Below are positions 33,969 through 43,625 of a stretch of 64,000 nt of DNA, piece by piece (position 1 is the stretch's first letter; each line of letters starts with the position of its first letter). The DNA is from Candidatus Eiseniibacteriota bacterium. GTDB taxonomy: Bacteria > Eisenbacteria > RBG-16-71-46 > SZUA-252. The notes under the pieces were generated by a model. The model was not told the DNA's origin. It did not search any database and saw only the letters and a list, made by a program, of their open reading frames with translations. The stretch spans positions 11,314-75,313 of the forward strand of contig JANMQV010000006.1 in assembly GCA_031370645.1 (NCBI GenBank). The letters are read 5' to 3'. A program made the translations under genes and the position numbers.

Positions 33969-36900
33969 CTAGACCGCGACTGCTTCCGCTTCGGGATCGG
34001 GATCCGCGAGGCGGACCGCGTCGGCGCCGAGCCTTGCCCGAAGCGCCTGGATCAGCTCCTCGCACGGATTCGCGAGCAGCGTCTTCGCGCGGATCACCGC
34101 CCGCGACCCGTCCGCGCCCCGCACCGTGAAGTATACCGGGCTCTCGCCGGGATGGCGCAGCAGGAGTGCGCGCACCGCGTCGAGCGGCTGTCCCGAACTC
34201 GACTCGTCGATCTCGAGATAGAGCGCACGCGCCTTCGCGGGATCGGGAACCGCCACGACCCGAGCCGCAAGAAGCACCATCTTCGGATCGGCCTCGTCGC
34301 GGAGATTGACGCGTCCCTTCACTTCCAGCACCGCACCCGGCACGATGACCGAGCGCGACTTCTCCCAGAGGTCGTTGAAGCAGGTCGCTTCCACCGTACC
34401 TTCTAGATCTTCGATCGTGATGAATGCCATGGCCCGCTTGTTCCGGTCCATGTGCGTCTTCACTGAGGCGACGATTCCGAGGAGCGGCACCTCGTCGCCC
34501 TCCTTCCGTTCGCGAAGGCCGAGCGTCGTCGAGCCGCCGCGAGCCTCGAGCATGGCGAGAAGCGGGCGATAGGCGGCGAGCGGGTGATCGGAGAAATAGA
34601 AGCCGAGCACTTCTTTCTCCCGGCGAAGCCGCTCCTCGAGCCCCCAGGGCGCCGTGTTCGGGAGGGGCGGGTCCTGCATGACCGCCACTTCGCCCGCGCC
34701 GAAGAGACTCTCCTGGGCCAGGTCGACGCCGCGCGCCTGCCCCTGCGCGCGCGAGAGGAGTTCCCCCACCGCTTCCAGAAGCTGCGACCGGTCGCCACCG
34801 AGGCGGTCGGACGCCCCCGCCTGTATGAGCGATTCGAGAACGCGGCGATTGATGGCGCTCAGGTCGACGCGCCGGATGAGGTCGCCGAGCGACTGGAAGG
34901 GGCCGCCCTCCTCTCGGGCCCGGACGATCGCTTCGACCGATCCCTGCCCCACGTTCTTCACGGCCGCGAGGCCGAAACGGATGCCGTCCCCTTCGAGCGC
35001 GAACTCCGTGCGGCTCGCGTTCACATCGGGCGGATGAACCGTGATGCCGAGGCGCCTCGCTTCGTCCACGAGCGTCACGATCCGGTCGGTGTTCCCGATT
35101 TCGCTCGTGAGCGACGCGGCCAGGTAGGCGGCCGGATGGTGCGTCTTCAGCCACGCCGCCTGATACGAGAGCGCGGCGTACGCGGTCGAGTGCGCCCGCA
35201 CGAAGCCGTAGCCGGCGAACTTCTCCATGAGGTCGAAAATCTCGCCCGCCTTCTTCGCCGGACAGTTGTTCTTCTCCGCGCCCTCGACGAAGGACGACTT
35301 CATGCGGGTCATCTCCTCCGGCATCTTCTTTCCCATGGCCCGCCGAAGGAGATCTGCTTGCGCGAGGGAGAAGCCGGCGAGCCGGTTGGCCACCTGCATG
35401 ACCTGGTCCTGGTAGACGATGACGCCGTACGTCGGCTTGAGGATCGCCTCGAGCGTCGGATGGGGATAGACGACCTTCGCCCGTCCGTGCTTCCGCTTCA
35501 CGAAGTCGTCGATCATTCCCGACTGGATCGGCCCCGGGCGGAAGAGCGCGTTGATGGCGATGATGTCTTCGAACGTGTCGGGGGCGACCTTCCGGAGCAG
35601 ATCCCGCATGCCGGACGATTCCAATTGGAAGATGCCGATCGTCTGCGCGCTCTGGAAGAGTTTGTAGGTCGGTTCGTCGTCGAGCGGCAAGGCGGCCAGC
35701 TCGACTCGCGTTCCGGTCGACTCCTCGACCATGCGCGTGGCGTCCTCGAGCACCGTCAGCGTGCGAAGCCCGAGGAAGTCCATCTTGAGGAGCCCCACCT
35801 TCTCCACCGATTTCATGTCGAACTGGGTCGTCACATCCCCCTTCGACGATTTGAAGATCGGGACGAAATCGGAGAGAGCCCCCGGCGCGATGACGACCCC
35901 CGCCGCGTGCGTGGAAGCGTGCCGCGCCAAGCCTTCGAGCGCGAGCGACGCACGGATCAACTTGGCGTAGCGCTCATCCTGCTTCTGGAGCGCCTTCAGC
36001 TCGGGAACGATCTCGAGCGCCTTCGGGAGCGTCATCCCCAGATCGCCCGGGACCATCTTCGCCACCTTGTCGACCTCGGCGTAGGAGAGCCCGATGGCGC
36101 GACCGACGTCTCGGACCACGGCGCGCGCGGCCATCGTTCCGAACGTGATGATCTGGCTCACCGAATCGCGGCCGTACCGCTGGATGACGTAGTTGATCAC
36201 CTTCTCGCGATGTTCGTACGCGAAGTCGATATCGATATCGGGCATCGTCACGCGCTCGGGATTCAAGAAGCGCTCGAAGAGGAGGTTGAAGCGGAGCGGA
36301 TCGACGTCGGTGATTCCGAGCGAGTAGGAGACGAGGCTTCCGGCGGCCGAACCGCGGCCGGGCCCGACGCCGATGCCGTTTCGCCGCGCGTAGTCCGTGA
36401 AATCGCGGACGATGAGGAAGTAGCGCGCGTAGCCGACCTGGCAGATCGTCTTCAGTTCGTATTCGAGCCGCTCCTCGATCTCGGGCGTGACGGCGGGGAA
36501 GCGCCGCTTCACGCCCTCCCACGCGAGGTGGCGGAGGTAGAGGTCCTCGTGCTCGAACTCGGGCGGAAGCGGGAACGCCGGCAGATCGACGCGCTCGCCC
36601 TCCAGCTTGAAGTCGCAGCGCTCGGCGGCGACGACGGTGTTCCTCAGGACGTCGGGGACACCATCGAAGAGCGCCGCCATCTCCTCTGGCGATTTCACGT
36701 AGACCTGGTCGGTCGCGAATTTGAACCGGTCGGCGTCGAGGAGTGTTTTCCCGGTCTGGATGCAGAGAAGGATCTCGTGCGCCTCGGAGTCCTCGCGCGC
36801 CAGGTAGTGGCAGTCGTTCGTCGCGAGGACCGGAATGCCCATTTCGCGGCCGAGCTCCAAGAGCCCCTTCGCCACGACCTGTTCCTCGGGAATCCCGTGG

Positions 36901-37439
36901 TCCTGCACTTCCAGGAAGTAGTTCTCCGCGCCGTAGAGGTCGCGGTACCAGGCGGCCGACTTCTTCGCCGCCGCCAACTCTCCCTCCACAATGCGCTGCG
37001 GGACCTCGCCGCGGAGGCAGGCGCTCAGACAGAGGAGACCGCCCGCGTGCGCCGCGAGCGTTTCCTTGTCGACGCGGGGCTTGTAGTGGAAACCCTCCAG
37101 GTATCCGATGGAGGATATCTTCATCAGATTGCGGTACCCCTCCCGGTTTCGCGCCAGGAGGACGAGATGGTCGTACGCGCCCTTGCCGTCGGCCGTGCGC
37201 GTCTTCTCCCCGCGCGCGCCGTGCGAGACATAGACCTCGCAGCCGATGATCGGCTTGATGCCGGCGGCCTTCGAGGCTTGGTAGAACTCGACCGCGCCGA
37301 ACATGTTGCCGTGATCGGTGATGGCGAGCGCGGGCATGCCGAAGCCCTTCGCGCGCGCGACGAGGCGATCGATTCGGCAAGCGCCGTCGAGCAGCGAATA
37401 GTCGCTATGGTTGTGCAGGTGAATGAAGTCGACGCTCAT
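33969..37439 (-). CDS. dnaE: DNA polymerase III alpha subunit
   Basis: HLHNHSDYSLLDG, GPGRGSAAGS, PDIDIDF, KMDFLGL, clamp motif QESLF and an OB fold. Confidence 0.97.
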   Translation of the reverse strand: MSVDFIHLHNHSDYSLLDGACRIDRLVARAKGFGMPALAITDHGNMFGAVEFYQASKAAGIKPIIGCEVYVSHGARGEKTRTADGKGAYDHLVLLARNREGYRNLMKISSIGYLEGFHYKPRVDKETLAAHAGGLLCLSACLRGEVPQRIVEGELAAAKKSAAWYRDLYGAENYFLEVQDHGIPEEQVVAKGLLELGREMGIPVLATNDCHYLAREDSEAHEILLCIQTGKTLLDADRFKFATDQVYVKSPEEMAALFDGVPDVLRNTVVAAERCDFKLEGERVDLPAFPLPPEFEHEDLYLRHLAWEGVKRRFPAVTPEIEERLEYELKTICQVGYARYFLIVRDFTDYARRNGIGVGPGRGSAAGSLVSYSLGITDVDPLRFNLLFERFLNPERVTMPDIDIDFAYEHREKVINYVIQRYGRDSVSQIITFGTMAARAVVRDVGRAIGLSYAEVDKVAKMVPGDLGMTLPKALEIVPELKALQKQDERYAKLIRASLALEGLARHASTHAAGVVIAPGALSDFVPIFKSSKGDVTTQFDMKSVEKVGLLKMDFLGLRTLTVLEDATRMVEESTGTRVELAALPLDDEPTYKLFQSAQTIGIFQLESSGMRDLLRKVAPDTFEDIIAINALFRPGPIQSGMIDDFVKRKHGRAKVVYPHPTLEAILKPTYGVIVYQDQVMQVANRLAGFSLAQADLLRRAMGKKMPEEMTRMKSSFVEGAEKNNCPAKKAGEIFDLMEKFAGYGFVRAHSTAYAALSYQAAWLKTHHPAAYLAASLTSEIGNTDRIVTLVDEARRLGITVHPPDVNASRTEFALEGDGIRFGLAAVKNVGQGSVEAIVRAREEGGPFQSLGDLIRRVDLSAINRRVLESLIQAGASDRLGGDRSQLLEAVGELLSRAQGQARGVDLAQESLFGAGEVAVMQDPPLPNTAPWGLEERLRREKEVLGFYFSDHPLAAYRPLLAMLEARGGSTTLGLRERKEGDEVPLLGIVASVKTHMDRNKRAMAFITIEDLEGTVEATCFNDLWEKSRSVIVPGAVLEVKGRVNLRDEADPKMVLLAARVVAVPDPAKARALYLEIDESSSGQPLDAVRALLLRHPGESPVYFTVRGADGSRAVIRAKTLLANPCEELIQALRARLGADAVRLADPDPEAEAVAV

Positions 37440-37558
37440 GGTCGTGGAGCGCCCGGCCCGGTCGGGGCGGGCACCGGTCTGCAGTCTACTCGATCGGCGG
37501 TCGGACGCGGCCGCATTTTCCCGCCCCTCCGATTCGAGTGATGTGGTAGAAACGCGAG

Positions 37559-38158
37559 ATGAACACGACCGTATCGTTGATCGGCGCCGCCGCGCTCGGC
37601 GCTCCCACCGCGGATGACCGGAAGCGCCTTTTCGACATCCTCTTGGAGCGCTCGCTCCGATTCGGCGACTTCACGCTCTCGTCGGGCGCGAAGAGCAAAT
37701 ACTACATCGACGTCCGCCAGACGAGCCTCCACCCGGAGGGCTCCCTTCTCATCGCCAAGTTCCTCTATCCGCTGATGAAAGAAGCGGGAGTCGAGGGAGT
37801 CGGCGGCCTGACGCTCGGCGCGGACCCGATCGCGGGCGCCGTCGCGCTCTGGAGCCAGTTGCAGGGAACGCCGATGTCGGGATTCATCGTCCGGAAGGAA
37901 GCGAAGTCGCACGGCGCCGCGCGTCAAGTGGAGGGGCCGTTTCACTCGGGCATGAAAGTCGCCGTCGTGGACGACGTCATCACGAAGGGCGGCTCGGCGC
38001 TCCTCGCCTTCGAGGCGGTGCGGGCCGCGGGAGCCGACGTGAGGTTGGTGGCGTGCGTGGTCGACCGCGGCGAAGGAGGTCCGGAGGAATTCGGGTCGCG
38101 CGGCGTGCCGTTCCACTCCGTCTTCCATATTCAGGAATTTCTCGAAGGGCGCGTCTAG
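37559..38158 (+). CDS. pyrE: Orotate phosphoribosyltransferase
   Basis: FGDFTLSSGAKSKYYID, VRKEAKSHG and the PRPP motif VVDDVITKGGS. Confidence 0.93.
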   Translation: MNTTVSLIGAAALGAPTADDRKRLFDILLERSLRFGDFTLSSGAKSKYYIDVRQTSLHPEGSLLIAKFLYPLMKEAGVEGVGGLTLGADPIAGAVALWSQLQGTPMSGFIVRKEAKSHGAARQVEGPFHSGMKVAVVDDVITKGGSALLAFEAVRAAGADVRLVACVVDRGEGGPEEFGSRGVPFHSVFHIQEFLEGRV

Positions 38159-38198
38159 CACCCGCCACGTTCGAAGCTCCACGCTTCGATCAGCGCTT

Positions 38199-40694
38199 CT
38201 AGAGGTTCGTGCCTTCTTCTCCCGGCGCGGGCTCTTGCGGCGTCTCATCCTGCGGCGGCTCCGGCCCCTCCCCGACCGGTGGCGCTCCTTCCTGAGCATC
38301 CTCGCCCCACATCCCGGCGCCCGTGCTGTCCATCCAGGCCGGCGGGTGGAAGACGCCACAGACTTGGCGCGGCTCCGTCTTCGGCACGAAGGCGGCGCGC
38401 ATGACGCGCGGACATTCGGCGCCCGCGCGATACCCCGTTTCCGCGTCGATCCAGACCTCCACCACGCCGGGCGGCGCTTCGAAGTCGGCCACCGGCTTCC
38501 CTCGATGCGCCACCTCCATGAAGCGCGCCCAAATCGGAACGGCGGCCTGCGTCCCGGTGAGCCCGAGCCGTCTCCCCTTGTCGCATCCGACCCAAACGCC
38601 GCAGGCGAGCTGCGGCGTGTAGCCGATGAACCAGGCGTCGTTCTCGTCGCTCGTGGTCCCCGTCTTCCCCGCCGCCGGGCGGACGAACCCGAACTGGCTC
38701 CGAATGCCCGCCGCCGTGCCGTAGATGACGGGTCCTTGCAGGAGCACCGTTCCCATGTAGGCCGTCTCGGGGCGGATCACGCGCTTCTGCTCGCGCTTCG
38801 GCGACCATCGCACGTTTCCGCCGCGATCGAGGACCGCCCGAACGGAGATCGGCTTCGCCATCGTCCCCCCGTTCGCGAGCGCGGCGTACGCACGCGTCAT
38901 TTCCAAAACTGAAACTTCGCATGCCCCGAGCGCAAGCGAGGGAACGTTTCGGAGCCTGCTCTCCACCCCGAGCGTCTTCGCCATCTGGATCACCTTCGGA
39001 ATGCCGACCTCGAGTTCCAGGTGAACGGTGGCCACGTTGAGCGAGCGCGCCAGGGCGCGGGCCGCCGTCACGCGCCCCTCGTAGACGTCCTCGAAATTTC
39101 GCGGCGCCCACGGACCGATGTCGGTCACGAACGTGTCGGGGAGATCCTCGAGCAGCGTGGCCGCGGTCAGGGGAGGACGCCTGCCTTGGAACGGCGTGTC
39201 GAGCGCGGCGAGATAGACGAACGGCTTGAACGCGGAACCGGGCTGGCGGCGGGAATCGACCGCACGATTGTAGGAGCTCTCGGCATAGTTTCGTCCGCCG
39301 ACCATCGCCCGCACGTACCCGGTGGACGGTTCCATGGCGAAGAGCGACGCCTGAGCCGGATTTCGCTCCGACCCTCCTAGCGGCGAGCGCCAATCCGCCT
39401 CGCGCGCCCCGTCTCGAACGAGGCGCTCCGCGGCGGCCTGCATGCGCGAGTCGAGCGTCGTGAAAATGGCGAAGCCACGCGCGTTCAGGTCGGCCTCCGC
39501 AATGTCCCGCGAGAGCGCTTCCCGGACGTAGTCGATGAAGTAGGGGGCCTTCGTCGTGGGAGGCGGGTTCGGAGCGAAGCGCATCGGCTGGCGCCGGAAC
39601 TTGTTCGCCTCGTCCTTTCCGAGCCAGCCGCACTCGACCATGTTCGTCAGGACTTCGTTCCGGCGCTCGATCGCCGCCTCGGGATCGCGATAGGGCGAGA
39701 GGCGATTCGGCGCGGGGATGATGCCGGCCAGGAGCGCCCCTTCCGGCACGGTCAGTTCGCGCGCGTGCTTGTTGAAGTAGAAGAGCGCCGCTTCCTCCAC
39801 ACCGCAGAGACTCCAGGAGCCCCGCTGCCCGAGATAGATCTGGTTCAAATAGAACTCGAGGATCTCCTCCTTGGAATAGCGAAGCTCCAGCATCACGGCA
39901 AGGAGCGCTTCGTGGAACTTGCGGAAGATGTTCCGCTCCCGGGAGAGAAAGAGATTCTTCGCGAGCTGCTGAGAGAGCGTGCTCCCGCCTTCCACGACGC
40001 CGCCGGCGCGAACGTTTCGAACCGTCGCGCGGCCGAGGCCGAGGAGATCGATCCCCCAATGCCGGAAGAAGCGCCGGTCTTCGCTCGCCACGACGGCTTG
40101 CACGACGTGGCGCGGAATCTCGTTCAACGGGACGAAGGAGCGTCGTTCCCGCTCCGTGTCCGAGAATTCGGCTAGGAGTTCCGGCTCGACGCGCAAGATG
40201 CCGCGCGGGTGCGGCTCGTCGAAACCCTCCGTCAGCGTCGTCAGCGCGCCGTTCACGAGCGTGGCGGAGACTTCCCCGCCCCGCTCGACCGTCTCGGGAA
40301 AGGTGAATGCCCGAAGTCGGATCTCGTAAGTCTCGCCTCGCACGCGGTAGTCCCCCGGCGCGGCGGGCTTCTTCCAGACTCGTCGGTAGCGCGCGCGGTC
40401 CAACGCGTCGCGGAGATCGTCCTCCGCGAGCCGGTCCCCGATCTTCCATTCGCGCCAATCGGCATAGACGCGGGTCGGGAATTTCCAACCCTTCCCAGCG
40501 TAGCGATCGGAGCCGATGGCGGAGAGACGAAACCAGTCGTAGCCAAGAAATCCAACGACCAGGAGGAGAAGGAAGAGAAACCACCGGGCGCGTCCCGCGG
40601 GAAGCCACGACGGTCTCCAGGTCCAACGCGGAGGAGACGGAGTGCGGTCGCGTCGCGACGTACCGCCGGAAGGGGGCGAGGTCGAGGGGGTCAC
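38199..40694 (-). CDS. mrcB: Class A penicillin-binding protein (PBP1B-like, UB2H-like region)
   Basis: Transmembrane anchor; transglycosylase motifs EDRRF..H.G.D, GGSTLSQQLAKN and RKFHE; transpeptidase motifs SAFK, SLN and KTG. Confidence 0.9.
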   Translation of the reverse strand: MTPSTSPPSGGTSRRDRTPSPPRWTWRPSWLPAGRARWFLFLLLLVVGFLGYDWFRLSAIGSDRYAGKGWKFPTRVYADWREWKIGDRLAEDDLRDALDRARYRRVWKKPAAPGDYRVRGETYEIRLRAFTFPETVERGGEVSATLVNGALTTLTEGFDEPHPRGILRVEPELLAEFSDTERERRSFVPLNEIPRHVVQAVVASEDRRFFRHWGIDLLGLGRATVRNVRAGGVVEGGSTLSQQLAKNLFLSRERNIFRKFHEALLAVMLELRYSKEEILEFYLNQIYLGQRGSWSLCGVEEAALFYFNKHARELTVPEGALLAGIIPAPNRLSPYRDPEAAIERRNEVLTNMVECGWLGKDEANKFRRQPMRFAPNPPPTTKAPYFIDYVREALSRDIAEADLNARGFAIFTTLDSRMQAAAERLVRDGAREADWRSPLGGSERNPAQASLFAMEPSTGYVRAMVGGRNYAESSYNRAVDSRRQPGSAFKPFVYLAALDTPFQGRRPPLTAATLLEDLPDTFVTDIGPWAPRNFEDVYEGRVTAARALARSLNVATVHLELEVGIPKVIQMAKTLGVESRLRNVPSLALGACEVSVLEMTRAYAALANGGTMAKPISVRAVLDRGGNVRWSPKREQKRVIRPETAYMGTVLLQGPVIYGTAAGIRSQFGFVRPAAGKTGTTSDENDAWFIGYTPQLACGVWVGCDKGRRLGLTGTQAAVPIWARFMEVAHRGKPVADFEAPPGVVEVWIDAETGYRAGAECPRVMRAAFVPKTEPRQVCGVFHPPAWMDSTGAGMWGEDAQEGAPPVGEGPEPPQDETPQEPAPGEEGTNL

Positions 40695-40729
40695 AAGAGG
40701 AGCCTACGGAGGCGGCGTCGGCGCGTCAA
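40695..40729 (-). promoter_or_regulatory. sigma70-type promoter placed for a leaderless PBP1B mRNA
   Basis: TTGACG (40729-40724), 17 nt, TAGGCT (40706-40701), 6 nt, GTG start; no Shine-Dalgarno. Confidence 0.7.
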
Positions 40730-40760
40730 CGCCGCGCGTCGCGAATCCCGAAGAGATGGG

Positions 40761-42362
40761 TCAGCGGCGCTCGGCGAGCGCGTCTTCGAGTTCGCGAAGT
40801 CGCGCGGCGCTCCGCGCGTCGGCTCCGCCGGCGGGAGCGTTCAGCAGAAAGTCTCGATAAGCGGCGAGCGTCTCGCGCTGTTCGGCGTCGCGGCCGCTCA
40901 GCCCCTGAATCTCCCAGAGGCAGTCGGCTAGCTCGCGTTTGGCGCGGGACCGGTCGGGGCCGACAACGGTGCGGAGCAGATTCTTCCAAGCGACCTTGAG
41001 CTGGCGCAATGTGACCAGATCGTGATCCTTCGCCGCCTGCACCGTCGCGGCGTGAATTCGATCGATCGGACGAAGCTCCGCGGGCGGCGCATCGGGCGAG
41101 GGTGGGTTCACGCGCTCCGGCGTGCTCGCCGCGGGAGGAGTGGAGACGGAAGATTCCGGAGTCGAAGTGTTGGGGGTCCGCTTTGCCGGAACGGCCGCTT
41201 TCGGCGCGACCGGCGTCGCGCGGATCGGATCATCGGTCGGCCACATATCGTCGTCGTCCCGCTTCACGCGCGGAGCCGGCGTCACGGGTGCCGTGGCGGT
41301 CGACTTCTCCGCGACGAAGGGATCCTTCGTCGTCACGGTACCGGCAACCGACTTGACGTCGGTGCCTCCGGTCGACTTCGCGCCACTCTTCGTCGTCGCC
41401 GTCGCGGGCGAGGGAGTCGGCTTCGTGACGGACGGCTTCACCGCGATCCTCGTCGTCGGGACGGAAGGCGATGCCCGCGGAGGCGTGAGGCTCGACTTGA
41501 CCGGGTTTGTCACCGACGTCGGGGGCGTCGACGACGACGCGACCGAGGGACGATCCGTATTCGACCCTGTCGCTTCACCGGCCGGACCGGGCACCGATTC
41601 GGGGGCGGCACCGTTCCCCGGCCCGCTCGAACCGTCGGCGCCGGGCGCCGAATGAGTCACCGTGAGGGAGCCGGCTTCGAACGGACGCACGCGCGTGGAA
41701 ATCTCGCGAGGGGGCGCGGCGTGCGGCGCCAACACCATCCAGACGGCGACGCCAAGCAATCCGACGCCGACGACGGCGCCACCACCCCAAAGCATCGCGC
41801 GAAACGCGGCGCTCTTCTTGTTCGGATCGTCGAGCCGCCGGTTCAGAACTTGCTCCGCGAAGAGGAGACTTTCTTCCGGAGGCGTCGCCTCCCGCGCCGC
41901 ATCGGCCGGTTCGAAATCCCAGCCTTCCGGGACCGCGGTCGGCTTCGTCATGGTAGGAGCGGCGCCGACCGGCTCGGCCGGGACGGCGAACGCAGGCTCG
42001 GGCTCGGCGGCAGGCCCGGAAAGTTCGTCGTTCGAGAAGAGCGGCGGCGGCGCCGAATTCGACGCGCTCCTCGCCGACTCCTCGGCCGCCACACTCTTAA
42101 CGATTCCTCCGCGGTCATCGCCGAAAATCTTCTCCACCGTCCAGTCGGAGGTCGGAGGCGCGAGCGGCGCGACTTGGAGAACCGGCTCGGGCATCGGTTC
42201 GGCGAGTGGTGGCGGGGGCGCACCGGGCCCCTGCAAGAGTTCCAGTTCGAGCGTGCACTCCTCGCACGACTCGAGATGACGACGAAGCTCCGCCTCGTCC
42301 TCGGTGGCAAGACGCCCCGAGGCCAGCGCGGGCAGTTGTTGTTTCGCTTCGCTGCAGTCCAT
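40761..42362 (-). CDS. zf-HC2 (anti-sigma-type zinc finger) single-pass membrane protein with a Pro/Thr-rich region
   Basis: MDC...HLESCEEC; transmembrane segment WGGGAVVGVGLLGVAVWMVL; low-complexity region; helical C-terminus. Confidence 0.75.
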   Translation of the reverse strand: MDCSEAKQQLPALASGRLATEDEAELRRHLESCEECTLELELLQGPGAPPPPLAEPMPEPVLQVAPLAPPTSDWTVEKIFGDDRGGIVKSVAAEESARSASNSAPPPLFSNDELSGPAAEPEPAFAVPAEPVGAAPTMTKPTAVPEGWDFEPADAAREATPPEESLLFAEQVLNRRLDDPNKKSAAFRAMLWGGGAVVGVGLLGVAVWMVLAPHAAPPREISTRVRPFEAGSLTVTHSAPGADGSSGPGNGAAPESVPGPAGEATGSNTDRPSVASSSTPPTSVTNPVKSSLTPPRASPSVPTTRIAVKPSVTKPTPSPATATTKSGAKSTGGTDVKSVAGTVTTKDPFVAEKSTATAPVTPAPRVKRDDDDMWPTDDPIRATPVAPKAAVPAKRTPNTSTPESSVSTPPAASTPERVNPPSPDAPPAELRPIDRIHAATVQAAKDHDLVTLRQLKVAWKNLLRTVVGPDRSRAKRELADCLWEIQGLSGRDAEQRETLAAYRDFLLNAPAGGADARSAARLRELEDALAERR

Positions 42363-42435
42363 GGAACTCGGTCTCCGGCGCTGATGCCGGGCGGCACGGG
42401 TGGGCCCGTGTTCGCGATCCGCCGGCTGGTACTCC

Positions 42436-43359
42436 TTATCGGCCGGGGGCGGCAGGTTCTTGAGAGGCGGCAGTCCGGGGCCGGGCGGCCCTAATCCAGA
42501 GGTATTCCGGCACCTCCGGACCCGGGAGCGGCACCCGGCGCGGGGTGACGCGGAGTCGGAGGGTAACGAGGCGATCGATCACGATCGGATCGCCGAATTG
42601 GTAGGCGAATTCGTCCGGTGGCATCGGGTCTGGGCGCTCTTCGGTCGTCCGAACGAGCGCCAAGTCGTATGTCAAGCCGGAGAGATCGATGACCTCACAA
42701 TATTCCTGAAGCACATCTCGCAAGCGATTGGCGGTGTAGGGGTTGACGTGGTGTTGATTGAGCCGATTTTCGTAGCGATTGAAGTCGTCATTCGGAGTCT
42801 TGAGGAGGAAGAGTCCGCCCGGCTTGAGGGCTCGAAAGGCGGCGCGGATGAAGGCGTCGCCATCGGAGAGGTGCTCGATGACCTCGCTCGAAAAGACGAC
42901 GTCCGCCGTCCCGTCGGGGATCGGGAAGGGTTGCGAGGCGTCGTGGACGTGAAACTCCAGATTCGGCCGGGCGTGCCGAGCGCGGGCCGCCGCGATTCCT
43001 TCCGGCGAGAGATCGAACGCCACGACTCGCGACGCATGCCGCGCGAAGAGCGCCGCTCCGGCTCCTTCGTTCGTTCCCGCGTCGACCACGACCTTCCCCG
43101 CGACGTCGGGAAGCGCCAGGTGATAGGCGGCCAAGTTCACCCGGACGAATCCCGACGGCTGCTCCCCCAGGACGAAGCGCTCGCACGCGACTCCGGAGGG
43201 GACGCCGCCGAAATCCTCGTAGGGTTTGATCCGAATATAGGTCGATCCGAGCGAACCGAGGACGAGGCCGAGGTTTTCGCGCGATCGCCGCCAGAGACGG
43301 CGGGCGTACGCCAGATCCCGGTAGCGGACGAGCGCGATCAGAAATCGTAGCAGTCTCAG
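42436..43359 (-). CDS. Class I SAM-dependent methyltransferase (start probably non-canonical, upstream of GTG 43140)
   Basis: VVVDAGTNEGAG, AFDLS, DVVFSSEVIEHL, LKPGG, TPN and NQHHV. The frame stays open upstream through ERFVLGE; CTG at 43359 follows GGAG. Product is secure, start is not. Confidence 0.75.
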   Translation of the reverse strand: MRLLRFLIALVRYRDLAYARRLWRRSRENLGLVLGSLGSTYIRIKPYEDFGGVPSGVACERFVLGEQPSGFVRVNLAAYHLALPDVAGKVVVDAGTNEGAGAALFARHASRVVAFDLSPEGIAAARARHARPNLEFHVHDASQPFPIPDGTADVVFSSEVIEHLSDGDAFIRAAFRALKPGGLFLLKTPNDDFNRYENRLNQHHVNPYTANRLRDVLQEYCEVIDLSGLTYDLALVRTTEERPDPMPPDEFAYQFGDPIVIDRLVTLRLRVTPRRVPLPGPEVPEYLWIRAARPRTAASQEPAAPGR

Positions 43360-43399
43360 GGCCTGGCTCCGGGGAGAGGCGACGAACGCGGGGCGCGGC

Positions 43400-43597
43400 C
43401 TAGTCGGGCAGGATGGCCCCTTCGATCGGACAGGCCTCGAGGCACGCGTTGCAGGATACGCAATCCTCCGCGACGATGAAAAACCACGTCATCCCTTTCC
43501 CGTTTTGGCCGTCGGCCTTCTTGATGCAATCCACGGGACAAACATCGACGCAGGACGACTCTCCTTCGCAGATGTCTTTGACGATCTCGTACGCCAT
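43400..43597 (-). CDS. Dicluster ferredoxin (65 aa)
   Basis: CEGESSCVDVCP and CVSCNACLEACP; GGAGG RBS. Confidence 0.9.
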   Translation of the reverse strand: MAYEIVKDICEGESSCVDVCPVDCIKKADGQNGKGMTWFFIVAEDCVSCNACLEACPIEGAILPD

Positions 43598-43625
43598 TCG
43601 TTCCTCCGCGACCGCTTCCGGTCCG

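Noticed and set aside
33969-37439. Possible intein in dnaE
   Set aside because: Length is normal (1156 aa), and there is no intein-like insertion or homing endonuclease motif.
38171-38189. Hairpin TCGAAGC-N5-GCTTCGA between convergent pyrE and PBP1B
   Set aside because: Short stem with no U-tract on either strand; too weak to call a terminator.
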